Below the pieces are notes generated by a model, which was not told the DNA's origin, searched no databases, and saw only the letters and a list, made by a program, of their open reading frames with translations. Source: an uncultured bacterium (GTDB lineage Bacteria > Zixibacteria > MSB-5A5 > UBA10806). From it: 64,000 nt of DNA. Shown here piece by piece: positions 11,391 through 21,022 of this stretch (within the stretch, counting starts at the first letter, position 1; each line of letters starts with the position of its first letter). The stretch lies in contig CBEUCH010000005.1 in assembly GCA_965541585.1 (NCBI GenBank), positions 64,001-128,000 of the forward strand, written 5' to 3'. A program made the translations under genes and the position numbers.

Positions 11391-12053
11391 CTATTCAAGC
11401 TCTTTCTTTGTTTTACTGAAGTACTCGTTTAACTTGTCTAGGGTCTCGACATCGTCGTCGGACATCCCTATCATCACTTTGTTTCTCAAAGCCTCTTCCG
11501 GATCATCGGCATACTGTGAAGCACTGGAAAGCAGAATGCCTTTCTGCAACTCCACCAGAAACTCGCCGGACCCAGGATGAAGATAAGTCGTATTGTCATA
11601 AATTAACGGCACGAAACCGCGGATCGGTTTGGCTAACGCGGAACCTTCAATGGCGCTGTCGAAAGTTTTGAAAGGTGTCGGGAATATAAACAGCAGGAAT
11701 AAGAGAGAAAGAAGAACCAGGCCCTTAATTACGCCAAAAGTGCTCCCGCCAATCTTGTTGGATGCTCTCAATGGAGTAATCTTCACCATCTTGTAGAAGT
11801 ATCTACCCAGGATTCGTAGAACGATAAGGCTACTTCCGAGGACTAAAACGAAACTGGCCACGTACAGGATACTGGGGGAAAAATTAAGTTTTCCCTCCAA
11901 TTGCATGGCCACCCAGTCGGAGTTACTTACGGCGAAAATAACGCCGACAATCAGCCCGAGGAAGGTCGATATCTCCTTGAAAATCCCGCGCCTGTAGCCG
12001 TTTATTAAGGCTAGAAACAATACGAACAGGATAAAAAAATCTATCCAGTTCAT
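11391..12053 (-). CDS. cvpA: CvpA family membrane protein
   Basis: MNWID..L....GYRRG..KE signature, four hydrophobic segments, GG.FG..KG. Confidence 0.85.
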   Translation of the reverse strand: MNWIDFFILFVLFLALINGYRRGIFKEISTFLGLIVGVIFAVSNSDWVAMQLEGKLNFSPSILYVASFVLVLGSSLIVLRILGRYFYKMVKITPLRASNKIGGSTFGVIKGLVLLSLLFLLFIFPTPFKTFDSAIEGSALAKPIRGFVPLIYDNTTYLHPGSGEFLVELQKGILLSSASQYADDPEEALRNKVMIGMSDDDVETLDKLNEYFSKTKKELE

Positions 12054-12064
12054 AACCCCTCCAG

Positions 12065-12517
12065 TTATTTTGCAAGCTTTGCTCTTACAGCGATATTAAC
12101 TGTTTTGCCATCCGCTCGCCCCCTCACCCGGGGCATCAAAACTTTCATCACTTCACCGATATCCTTCATAGAGGACGCCCCTGATTCGGCGATGGCTTCA
12201 TCAATCAGACCCTCGAGCTCTACCGACGTAGATTGTCCGGGCAAGAACTCTTTAATAATATCATATTCGGCGCGCTCCTTTTCTTCAAGGTCCTGCCTGC
12301 CGCCTTTGGAGTATTCCTCGATCGCTTCCGATCGCTTACTGGCGGCAGAACCTAAAACGGCGATGATCTCATCGTCTGATAACTCATGGCACAACTCTAT
12401 CTGCTTGTACTGAAGATCGGATTTCAACATCCGCAGGGTCTGCAGACGCTCATCGTCCCCGGCTTTTAACGCCACTTTCAAGTGGGTGTCGATCTCCTCC
12501 CTCAACGCCAATATCAA
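12065..12517 (-). CDS. yqeY: GatB/YqeY domain protein
   Basis: LK.A.KA.D..RL..LRM, EAIEEY..GGR.DL and MKDIG.VM...RADG motifs. Follows rpsU. Confidence 0.9.
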   Translation of the reverse strand: MILALREEIDTHLKVALKAGDDERLQTLRMLKSDLQYKQIELCHELSDDEIIAVLGSAASKRSEAIEEYSKGGRQDLEEKERAEYDIIKEFLPGQSTSVELEGLIDEAIAESGASSMKDIGEVMKVLMPRVRGRADGKTVNIAVRAKLAK

Positions 12518-12705
12518 CGCCTTACTCTGGAACGACGTGATTTTTGCCTGGCCGCATTCATCTTCCGCTTGCGCCTGTCGGATGGTTTCTCAAAATGCTG
12601 ATGTCTTTTGATATCCGATAAAATACCGGCCTTCTCACAGGTTTTAGTGAAGCGCCTGAGAGCCTTTTCAAACGATTCATCGTCACGGACTCTTACTCCG
12701 GTCAT
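12514..12705 (-). CDS. rpsU: 30S ribosomal protein S21
   Basis: [10 protein letters not shown]...[19 protein letters not shown]. Confidence 0.96.
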   Translation of the reverse strand: MTGVRVRDDESFEKALRRFTKTCEKAGILSDIKRHQHFEKPSDRRKRKMNAARQKSRRSRVRR

Positions 12706-12790
12706 TACATTATCAACCCCCTCTCCTGACTGTCTAATCGGTTAAGCTGCAACGTTTGATTTTCCCCTAACTTTCCTCTTAACTTGGGGT

Positions 12791-12819
12791 AAGCTAAAGA
12801 ATTAACAAATACGTGTCAA
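12791..12819 (-). promoter_or_regulatory. Sigma-70 promoter of the rpsU operon
   Basis: TTGACA-17 bp-TAGCTT on the minus strand. Confidence 0.6.
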
Positions 12820-13010
12820 GGGATTTTTTCATGGGTCTATTAATTTACCTTGCATACGTAACTCTCTTCATAACATAGGATTACAAGTCGGACATCGATG
12901 TCGTTCGGGATCTCGATAAACGATTATATCATAACCGGTTGCAAAATTACCTTTTTAAACGCTTTTTGGTCCGGAGAATTCCGGATCAAGAATATGGTTG
13001 CGGGCGATGA

Positions 13011-13931
13011 TTACCGTTTAAGACTTGCATGAATACGAAGATAACTCTGGTATCGAAATTCCGCCACTATTCCATCAGCGATTTCGACCGAGCGCTTCAC
13101 GGCGCAGGATGGCTCATCTATATGCATACAATCGTTGAACCGGCATTGAGAAGCACAGCGTTCGAATTCAGGGAAATATAAATGCAATGTTTTGATATCT
13201 ACTCCTGCCAGGCCGAAAACTTTCAGGCCGGGCGTATCCGCAACCCAGCCGTCAGGGAATAGTCGATAAAGACTGACCCGGCTGGTGGTATGCACACCCC
13301 TGCTGGAATAAGAAGACACTTTTTTCGTTCTCAATTTCAGGCCCGGGGAGATGCGGTTCAGAAGAGCCGATTTCCCCACCCCCGAATGGCCGGCTATGAT
13401 CGAGGTTCCTTCCGTCAATATTCTTATTAGTTTATCGATACCCTCGCCGGTTTTGGCGCTGGTGAAAACAGTCTCGCACGAGATACGTTCCCAGGCATCG
13501 AAATATCCTTCGAACTCTTCAGGATCCTGCAAGTCGATCTTATTCAAAACCACCACCGGTTTTATCCCTTCTTTAAAGGCCGTTACCAGAAACCGATCAA
13601 CCAGTCCAGCTTTAAATTTCGGCTCCCTGGTTGATGTTACCACGATCAGCCGGTCAACGTTGGAAACCATGATTTGAAGAAGGCCCTCTTTCTCCGTGGC
13701 CGGTTTGGAGATGACAGATTGTCTTTGTGATACACTCTCTATCGCCGCCAGCTTGTCGGTTTTCAAAGAATACTCCACAAAATCGCCGACCGCTACAGGC
13801 GAGATCCCGGTATTTCCATATTTCAGCTTGCCCTTAACGACGGCATCGATCGTGCCGTTTTCAGTAAAGAGCTTCGCTCTCTGGCCATGCAGCTCAACAA
13901 CACGGGCTATCATTTTCGGATCATCTTTCAC
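13011..13931 (-). CDS. rsgA: Ribosome small subunit-dependent GTPase A
   Basis: NKID, GHSGVGKS, RGVHTT, DTPG and C.F.DC.H..EP.C zinc motif. Confidence 0.95.
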   Translation of the reverse strand: MKDDPKMIARVVELHGQRAKLFTENGTIDAVVKGKLKYGNTGISPVAVGDFVEYSLKTDKLAAIESVSQRQSVISKPATEKEGLLQIMVSNVDRLIVVTSTREPKFKAGLVDRFLVTAFKEGIKPVVVLNKIDLQDPEEFEGYFDAWERISCETVFTSAKTGEGIDKLIRILTEGTSIIAGHSGVGKSALLNRISPGLKLRTKKVSSYSSRGVHTTSRVSLYRLFPDGWVADTPGLKVFGLAGVDIKTLHLYFPEFERCASQCRFNDCMHIDEPSCAVKRSVEIADGIVAEFRYQSYLRIHASLKR

Positions 13932-14100
13932 GGTTTATCCGATCTACGCATATCATTGCCTAATATACATTCAATCGAGATGAAAGTAATATACTTTATC
14001 GATCGATAAACATCGCAATCCTCTGAATGCGTAACTTCAACATCCCATAATTCTTGACATTCGGGAGGTATCCCGCCATATTCGCCGCGATGGAGGAGAA

Positions 14101-14664
14101 GTGAAAAAAGACTACCTGATATTGATACTGTTTCTGGCGATAACGTTGATTTCCGGAGGGTTTATTTTCATGATAAAGGCCCCTCAGCCGGAGTTTATTT
14201 CTCAGCAACAGAGCATCGGGGATCCAGGCGCAGATCTGCAGAATCAGGTAGACCACCTGGAAACTCTTCTGGCGGACGATCCGAACAACGTCGATATTCT
14301 GGTGAGCCTGGGGAATGTTTATTACGATGTCAGCGAGCCGGAGATGTCGATCGAATATTACGAAAGGGCGCTGGCAATCAAACCCGATGTTCCCTTCGTA
14401 CTGGTGGATTGCGGCGCCATGTATCGCAAGCTGGGCCAGGCTGATAAAGCGATAGAGTTATTCAGAAAGGCAATCGAAATAGATCCTCAATTACCCCAGG
14501 CTTACTTTAATCTGGGCGCCGTATTGCGCATGGAGAAAGGTGATGCCATGGGCGCCGCTCTGGTCTGGAAAAAATACTTAGAACTTGATCCCAATCCTGA
14601 TCCGCAGATAAGGAACTTAATCGAAAATGAGATAAAGGCCGCCTTGGGACCGCCTTCAGAGTAA
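14101..14664 (+). CDS. Membrane-anchored TPR protein
   Basis: N-terminal TM followed by TPRs (LGNVYYD, YYERALAIKP, AYFNLG). Upstream TTGACA-17-CATATT at 14054-14082. Confidence 0.85.
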   Translation: MKKDYLILILFLAITLISGGFIFMIKAPQPEFISQQQSIGDPGADLQNQVDHLETLLADDPNNVDILVSLGNVYYDVSEPEMSIEYYERALAIKPDVPFVLVDCGAMYRKLGQADKAIELFRKAIEIDPQLPQAYFNLGAVLRMEKGDAMGAALVWKKYLELDPNPDPQIRNLIENEIKAALGPPSE

Positions 14665-14750
14665 TATAGGACTTTCAGAATTTTTCGCTGGTGGCAAGCT
14701 GCCCTCCTGTCGATAAGGAGATAGGAGGTTAATATTATGCGGCCCATCAT

Positions 14751-14786
14751 CCGATACTCGCTACCAAGCGGCGCCTGGTAACCAAT
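14751..14786. repeat. 36-bp palindromic (REP-like) direct repeat, copy A
   Basis: CCGATACTCGCTACCAAGCGGCGCCTGGTAACCAAT; 32/36 identical to copy B. Confidence 0.85.
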
Positions 14787-14814
14787 GGTAAACCTGGACA
14801 GAGAGGATAAGGAG

Positions 14815-15219
14815 ATGAAAAAAACATCAAAGATAATTGCAATTTTGACTTTGGTTGTTATTTTTCCTGTTTGCTCGAAAAATGTAGATCGGTCTATGGT
14901 TGCAGGCACATATATTGGCAACTACGATAAACTTAAAAGCACATTAGTAATGAAAGAAGATGGAACATATGATTACTATTTGGAGACAGAAGACGGAGCA
15001 AAATATTTCAACTCTAATGATTGGCTATATGATGATGATAGCGGTAGATCGATAATACAATTTTATGATTTCAAATATTCTTTAAGGCCTTTTTCTTATT
15101 CTAAAGAAACGTTAGTAGAAGAACCGGTTTTCATGGGACTTCCAGTTGTCTCTGATGAGAGAGGGCGAATTAAGATAATAATTAGTGGAGATATGGATTT
15201 ATACTATTTAAAACAATAA
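14815..15219 (+). CDS. AT-rich exported/lipoprotein-like orphan protein
   Basis: RBS AAGGAG before ATG 14815, signal-like MKKTSKIIAILTLVVIFPVC. Visibly more AT-rich than the flanking genes. Confidence 0.7.
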   Translation: MKKTSKIIAILTLVVIFPVCSKNVDRSMVAGTYIGNYDKLKSTLVMKEDGTYDYYLETEDGAKYFNSNDWLYDDDSGRSIIQFYDFKYSLRPFSYSKETLVEEPVFMGLPVVSDERGRIKIIISGDMDLYYLKQ

Positions 15220-15228
15220 AGACAATTT

Positions 15229-15264
15229 CCAATACTCGTTACCCAGCGGCGCTTGGTAACCAAT
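15229..15264. repeat. 36-bp palindromic (REP-like) direct repeat, copy B
   Basis: CCAATACTCGTTACCCAGCGGCGCTTGGTAACCAAT. The consensus core GTTACCAAGCG-G-CGCTTGGTAAC is a perfect inverted repeat. Confidence 0.85.
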
Positions 15265-15394
15265 AGAGAGCGAGTTCGGGCTTTACTGTTACCGCGCCCG
15301 CTACACCAACACAGGCGTCCTACCGATAAGTCAACCTTTATTTAGTCCATTTTTTAGCCTTGACCTAATCTGGCCGCGCTGCTAATCTTAGCTT

Positions 15395-15700
15395 ATGGAA
15401 AATCTTATCTCGTACCTTTCATTTATCGCCCTAATCCTGGTTGTAATTCTCCTGATCTGGTCGCTGATCCTCACCCGCAGGGAGCGGGCAAAAAAGGTCA
15501 CCGCCAAAAGCCGTCTGGCCCGCCTCCGCAACAAGATCGAGGCTCTGCCGGAAGACACGGACGAGGAGAGGTTAAAAAAGGATTCCCTCTACAGGGAGCT
15601 CACCGTGGAGTATCTGGATAATATACTCGGCGGAGTGGAGAAGCTCAGCGCCAGACCATCGGAAAAGAAAGAGAAGAAAAAAACAAAAAAGAAAAAATAG
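15395..15700 (+). CDS. Small single-TM hypothetical protein with basic tail
   Basis: N-terminal TM helix, charged helical region, Lys-rich end. Confidence 0.65.
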   Translation: MENLISYLSFIALILVVILLIWSLILTRRERAKKVTAKSRLARLRNKIEALPEDTDEERLKKDSLYRELTVEYLDNILGGVEKLSARPSEKKEKKKTKKKK

Positions 15701-15773
15701 CCTTGTTCCGGTTGCCATATCTCGATTAAGCATTATATTACCTGCGATGGCTTCTGACCATGAAGGGAGAATT

Positions 15774-16910
15774 ATGCGCAATACGATATTTTTGGCCGCA
15801 GCATTTCTTTTAGTTGCTGGATGCGGCGAGGATAACGCCACCGACAGCGGCGACCAGGGAACCGAAATCTCTGTGACCGTAAGCCCGGCAAGGGAGATTG
15901 TCGCCCTGAATGATGCCCTGCAGTTCACGGTCTTCGTTTTTGGAACTACAAATACGACCGTATCATGGGAGGTTGAGGATATTGCCAGCGGTAACGCCGA
16001 GTTCGGGACAATCGACGTATTCGGATTATATGAAGCTCCGGTGGCTGAACCCGACATCGATTCGGTAAAAATCTCTGCTATCTCGGAGGAGAATCCCTCG
16101 AAATTCGGAACGTCGTGGGTGATTCTGGTGGACCCGGCGAAAGTGTATGTCAGCACCTCAGGTTCGGACTCCGAGGGAACGGGTTCCAGAAACAATCCTT
16201 ACCGTACCATAACTTTCGCCTTATCACAGGCGGAGACCAACCAGATAGTCACATTAGGCTCCGGCGAATATGATCAGGAAGGGGGCGAGACATTCCCTAT
16301 CCAGGTCGGATTTGGCGCTAAGATAAGGGGAGCGGGGCGAGACTCGACATTTGTGATCGGGCCGGGCGGAGGCCATGATGAACCCGGTGCGGTTTTCTCA
16401 GTCAACGGCGATGCTATCACAATTGAGCGACTTAATATTTCCACCGCCGATTTGAATGGCGTCGGTGTCTGGCTTTTGCCGGGAATACAGACAAAAATAA
16501 AAGACAATCATATCGTCTCCAACTATATCGGTATCTACGCCGATGGTTCTTTTGCGCCGCGACCCTTTATAATAGAATCCAACGTCATCACAGGCGATTC
16601 AATCGGCATTGCCACCGGCGATTCCGCGGAGCCGATTATCAGGGATAACCAGATCACGGATTGCGGGATATATGGGCTGCATATCCTCGATTTAAGCAAG
16701 CCGGATCTGGGAACGAACGACACGACAGGAGCCGGCGGAAATACAATCCAGAATTGCAGCCAATATCTGATCCGAAACGAATCCCCGGACACAATCTGGG
16801 CCGTCGGGAATACCTGGCAATTCGAGCCTCCCGGCGCAAATGATGACCTTATCTATGATGATGAGGAATCATCTGGAGAATCGGGGCCTGTTATTCTGGA
16901 AAACCAGTAG
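15774..16910 (+). CDS. Lipoprotein with Ig-like and DUF1565/parallel beta-helix domains
   Basis: Lipobox VAGC, YVS..GSD..G.GS...PYRTIT.AL and G.Y....GETFPI motif, beta-helix repeats. Alternative start 15747. Confidence 0.8.
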   Translation: MRNTIFLAAAFLLVAGCGEDNATDSGDQGTEISVTVSPAREIVALNDALQFTVFVFGTTNTTVSWEVEDIASGNAEFGTIDVFGLYEAPVAEPDIDSVKISAISEENPSKFGTSWVILVDPAKVYVSTSGSDSEGTGSRNNPYRTITFALSQAETNQIVTLGSGEYDQEGGETFPIQVGFGAKIRGAGRDSTFVIGPGGGHDEPGAVFSVNGDAITIERLNISTADLNGVGVWLLPGIQTKIKDNHIVSNYIGIYADGSFAPRPFIIESNVITGDSIGIATGDSAEPIIRDNQITDCGIYGLHILDLSKPDLGTNDTTGAGGNTIQNCSQYLIRNESPDTIWAVGNTWQFEPPGANDDLIYDDEESSGESGPVILENQ

Positions 16911-16933
16911 TTTATTAAGAAGAAAATCTTGAT

Positions 16934-16960
16934 GGCGTCGGTCAGATGCGGCCGACGCCC
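16934..16960. terminator. Hairpin between convergent genes
   Basis: GGCGTCGG..CCGACGCC followed by TTTT. Confidence 0.6.
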
Positions 16961-16962
16961 TT

Positions 16963-18183
16963 TTATATTGAAGATGTTTTCTTTAGAAGTCTGCTCCGTC
17001 TCCTCTTTATCGAAGACTGGATATTAGCATATGAAATGCCGGAGGCGAATTCCCGCTCGAACTCCACAAGCCTGAGAGCCTTATTAGTCAAGTTCAGTGC
17101 GGTCTCCGGGTTTTTCTGTCGATGCTCGAGGTGCTTGGCCAATTCAATATAAGGATAACATCCGAACCTGCCTGATACTATCATATGATTCCAGATGGCC
17201 TGGGCCGTTTCCCAGTCCCTTGCCTTTTTCGCCAGAAGCGATTTATACATGATCGTCTCATCCGCTATCTCCTCAGAGGCAAATTGAGGTTTGATCGAAT
17301 CCAGCAAAACCCGGGATCGCTCATATTCTCTGGATCGATATAGAATTTGACCTAAAGACAGCAGAAGGCGGTCGTCCTCGCAAACGCCCGAAAGCGCCAG
17401 ATCTATTCGGCGGGCAGTTTCCTGCGCCAGGAGATACAGACTGACTATATCATCACGGTTATGATTTAAGATCGGGATGAGAAGGTTGTCATCCCGGTTC
17501 TGCAGGTAATCGAAATAAATGCCCGGGATGAGATGGGACGGCACATCATCTACACGTTCGAACCCTACGATCATGGCCTCCAGCAAGGACAGGTTGAACG
17601 ATTCAAAATGCTTCTTATAGATTCGGCGGCAGGGATGAACCATATCTATGTGGGGGTATCCTGTAAAAGGGATCGCCAGACGATTGATGCGATACCTGGT
17701 GCGAAGAAGCGGTATATCGAATGATTTTCCGTTATAGGTTAATAGAAAGGAGGTGTTACTCAGATCATCCGATAACGCCAGAAGCTGTGCGGGTTCTTCG
17801 CAGAAATCGCGCAATATGTATTGCCGCACCACGAATCTGCCATCGGACCAGAATCCGATACCGACGATGAAAGGATATGTACCCGTCCCCCCTGCCAGGC
17901 CGGTGGTCTCGGTATCGATTACCGCAATCCGGCTGAAATCGAGGTTACGTTCTTCACCGGATGAATTGAAAAATTCCAGAGCGGATCGAGGGATACTGCA
18001 TGACAATTCGATCCGGCCGTGCAGATAACCTTCATCATAAACGGTCTCCACGCCCCAGACCGGCCCCAGCTCGGTTTTTCGTATATGGCCAACGGAAGGT
18101 CTTTTAAAGAGATCCGGTTTGGGTGTAGCCAAATTCGTCTTATGATGCTTTAGCGCTTCGTATAGACGCTTTTCGAGGTCCAT
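16963..18183 (-). CDS. YprB-like RNase H-fold (DEDD) exonuclease with C-terminal TPR-like region
   Basis: IDTETTGLAGGTGT, TYNGKSFDIP, HIDM, HNRDD. Likely start MDLEK at 18183. Confidence 0.88.
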   Translation of the reverse strand: MDLEKRLYEALKHHKTNLATPKPDLFKRPSVGHIRKTELGPVWGVETVYDEGYLHGRIELSCSIPRSALEFFNSSGEERNLDFSRIAVIDTETTGLAGGTGTYPFIVGIGFWSDGRFVVRQYILRDFCEEPAQLLALSDDLSNTSFLLTYNGKSFDIPLLRTRYRINRLAIPFTGYPHIDMVHPCRRIYKKHFESFNLSLLEAMIVGFERVDDVPSHLIPGIYFDYLQNRDDNLLIPILNHNRDDIVSLYLLAQETARRIDLALSGVCEDDRLLLSLGQILYRSREYERSRVLLDSIKPQFASEEIADETIMYKSLLAKKARDWETAQAIWNHMIVSGRFGCYPYIELAKHLEHRQKNPETALNLTNKALRLVEFEREFASGISYANIQSSIKRRRSRLLKKTSSI

Positions 18184-18187
18184 ATTC

Positions 18188-19099
18188 CTAATCCGGTTCG
18201 ATTGATGCCAGCTTGCCCAGCACGAATGGATGAGTCTCTTTAGTCTTTCTTTTCCGTAGAATCTTTTTTGCTTTCTTCGTATCGATTTTAGCAAGCGCCT
18301 CTACCGCAAAAGCCCGGGCCAGGGGATCCTCCGAGATAAGAATTCCGGCCAGCGGTTTGATTAGCTTTTTATCCTTCAGATTTCCGGCCACTTCGATCAG
18401 CAAATAAAATGCTACTGTATCATCAACATTTTTCAGCGATTCTTTCACAGTGATTATCGATGGTTCTCCTATATTCCAGAGTGCCTCCGCCGCTTTGTAA
18501 CGAACTCCGTAATACGGATCAGCAAGAGATTCCATTAAGACGCCTATTGTCGACGAATCCGCCAAAAGAGAAAGCGATACGACCGCTGCAGTACGAACCA
18601 GATAATCTACGTCTCTTAAAGCCGCAGCTGATGGCGCCACGCCGCGCGGGTCACCAATCTTCCCCAGCGCCCTGATTACACCGGCTCTGATGCGGTAATC
18701 GGGATCATCGGTATATTGCAGCAGGCCATCTACCGCCGTCGAGTCTTTCATATCGCCCAGCGCTCGTGCCGCCAGCCGCCTTTTATACGGATCTTCCGCT
18801 CCCAGAGCCTTAACAATGCGGGGCACCGCGGGGCGGCCGATCAGTTTGAAGATATCGACCAGAGCATGCATGGAGCGGGCATCCTGGGTATCCATATTCT
18901 CCACAAGCCGGGGTACCGCCGCCGCCCCCATCTCCCCAAGCGCTTCTTTCGACGGTTGCACCTGGTCCTGGTAGTTGATGTTTTTAGTTGTGGCTTGAAT
19001 AAAAAGAGAATCTACGATTTGATTGATGGAATCGGCCTTGGTTTGAGCGAAGCTGGCTGTCGATAATACAAGTACTATAAATAGACTGATCTTTTTCAT
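18188..19099 (-). CDS. Secreted HEAT-repeat protein
   Basis: Signal peptide and repeated VR..AA.ALG..GD units. Confidence 0.85.
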   Translation of the reverse strand: MKKISLFIVLVLSTASFAQTKADSINQIVDSLFIQATTKNINYQDQVQPSKEALGEMGAAAVPRLVENMDTQDARSMHALVDIFKLIGRPAVPRIVKALGAEDPYKRRLAARALGDMKDSTAVDGLLQYTDDPDYRIRAGVIRALGKIGDPRGVAPSAAALRDVDYLVRTAAVVSLSLLADSSTIGVLMESLADPYYGVRYKAAEALWNIGEPSIITVKESLKNVDDTVAFYLLIEVAGNLKDKKLIKPLAGILISEDPLARAFAVEALAKIDTKKAKKILRKRKTKETHPFVLGKLASIEPD

Positions 19100-20958
19100 T
19101 TATCGATTCCCACTCCCCATTTCGAATATGTCCACCAGTGAGAGTTCCTACCTATCCCCCCGGAGTAACCATCCTCACCGCTCAGGTCGAGGAAGATGCC
19201 GATCGAACCGTAATCACGGCGTGGGTTGCCATAACCCTGGGTATTCTTATCTGATCTGACTATATAGACATCTTTCCCTCTAACATCAGCAAGAATGCCA
19301 AGACCGTTGGCCGAGCCCGCTCCCTGGCACAGATCATAGGCATTGTAATTGTCATCACCGTCGAGATCGATAAGCATCCCCACCGCCCGATCGTGGCCGC
19401 AGCCCTGGGAAACACCTCTTGCAGAATAGACATCATCGCCAGAGACATCATAGAGGATGCCCAGCGACATATGAGTACCGTTCCCCTGCGCATACTGAAA
19501 TGATATATACTGATCGTTTCCGCCGCCGTCGGCCAACATGCCCAGCCCGTACCAGTATGATGACCCCTGCCCGAAAATATCGGAGACATAAACATCGTTA
19601 CCAGATTTATCGATCAACATTCCCACGCCGCCCGACATCTTGGGACGGATACCGTATGCGAATCCCTGCGAAAGCGACAGGTAGTGATCGTTATAACGGA
19701 TAAAATCCTTGTACTTCCCCCCGGCGAAGTAATTATCGTTGCCGGAGTTGTCCATCAGTATCCCGATACCCTCCACAAACCCAAACCCCTGCGAATACAA
19801 CGCCGCCTGATATGAATCGTTCCCTTCATCATCCCGGAGGATGCCGACCCCGAAACATCCCGCACCCTGAGTGAACGTATCGCCGAAATAGCGGTCGTTA
19901 CCCTTCATATCCCAGAGGAGACCAACCCCGAACAGCCCCGCGCCGAGAGTCCACGAGCCAGCGTTATAGCTGTCATCGCCGTCGTAATCAACAATCATAT
20001 TCGAACCGAAGAAATATGGACTGATCCGGTTTTTCGGCATGTTGTAAGTATCATTGCCGTCGTAATCGATAATGTAGGTATGATGCCCCGTCCCCTCGAA
20101 CTCAATATCGTATGTATCATCGCCACTGGGATCGATGACGATGAAAAGATCGCCGGTGTAATGGTTATCTGAAGTATCGCCGATGATGATCTGGCCGAAC
20201 TCGGTATTCCATGAAGCGTACGAACTTCTAAAATGGGCTTTTTCGGAATATATCTTCTCGACTACGTAAATAAACCTGCTTAGATCATTTGAGATGGCTC
20301 TTATTCTTCTACAATTTTCGCCCAAATTCGAGAGCCTCTCGGCCCAGACGTCCTCATAAGCCTCCAGGCTATCAAGTTCGGCGGCAGACAAGAATTCGCT
20401 TTCTACCGTCTCCTCCAACAAAAGAGTAAATCCATCCCTAAGTGAATCAAGCTGGGCCTCAGAGTATTTCGAAAGTTCGTAGGAGTTTCGGATATCAATA
20501 TTCTCAATAAATTCTGTCATCTCTTTTAGAAGAGAAATAGACTTATCCGGCAGAATCTTCTCAATCTTCTCCGAACTAACGATCTTCCTGATTTCCTCAA
20601 ATTCCGGGATATTCTCCTGCAGAAATGAATATAGCCAGGATCCTGGGAATCGAGCATATTCTCCCGCTGATGAGATGTTTACATATTTAAGATTTGATCC
20701 AGCCTCGTTTATCAGCTTCAGTGGCTCCTGCATAAAATGATCTACTTCCCCCAGCCTGTAAGCATCCGGCTCCAGATAATCCCCTCGAAATGTCAAATCA
20801 CCCCGCTTCATCTTCAATGCGCTCAGTGCCAGATCCAGACCTGCATCTAAGCTGTCTAAGGGAGCATAAACCGTATCAACTGAATCTGGCGTAATTTCTT
20901 GCGCAGATAAAGAGGCGAATTGACCCGAGATCAGAAGTGAAATCAGGATGATTCTCAT
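19096..20958 (-). CDS. Secreted protein with tandem D..GDD.Y / QG.G glycine-aspartate repeats
   Basis: Signal peptide MRIILISLLISG. More than 10 copies of G.G.L.D..G.D.Y....QG in the C-terminal half. Likely start 20958. Confidence 0.8.
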   Translation of the reverse strand: MRIILISLLISGQFASLSAQEITPDSVDTVYAPLDSLDAGLDLALSALKMKRGDLTFRGDYLEPDAYRLGEVDHFMQEPLKLINEAGSNLKYVNISSAGEYARFPGSWLYSFLQENIPEFEEIRKIVSSEKIEKILPDKSISLLKEMTEFIENIDIRNSYELSKYSEAQLDSLRDGFTLLLEETVESEFLSAAELDSLEAYEDVWAERLSNLGENCRRIRAISNDLSRFIYVVEKIYSEKAHFRSSYASWNTEFGQIIIGDTSDNHYTGDLFIVIDPSGDDTYDIEFEGTGHHTYIIDYDGNDTYNMPKNRISPYFFGSNMIVDYDGDDSYNAGSWTLGAGLFGVGLLWDMKGNDRYFGDTFTQGAGCFGVGILRDDEGNDSYQAALYSQGFGFVEGIGILMDNSGNDNYFAGGKYKDFIRYNDHYLSLSQGFAYGIRPKMSGGVGMLIDKSGNDVYVSDIFGQGSSYWYGLGMLADGGGNDQYISFQYAQGNGTHMSLGILYDVSGDDVYSARGVSQGCGHDRAVGMLIDLDGDDNYNAYDLCQGAGSANGLGILADVRGKDVYIVRSDKNTQGYGNPRRDYGSIGIFLDLSGEDGYSGGIGRNSHWWTYSKWGVGIDK

Positions 20959-21022
20959 GGGCGTTATGATATTACAGGCAGTGAATCCGGTCAACAGATA
21001 TCTGAAAATTTGTGCAGATGAG

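Noticed and set aside
14751..15264. 36-bp repeats as a CRISPR array or integron attC sites
   Set aside because: Only two copies separated by a whole gene, no cas or intI genes, and the core order does not fit RYYYAAC...GTTRRRY.
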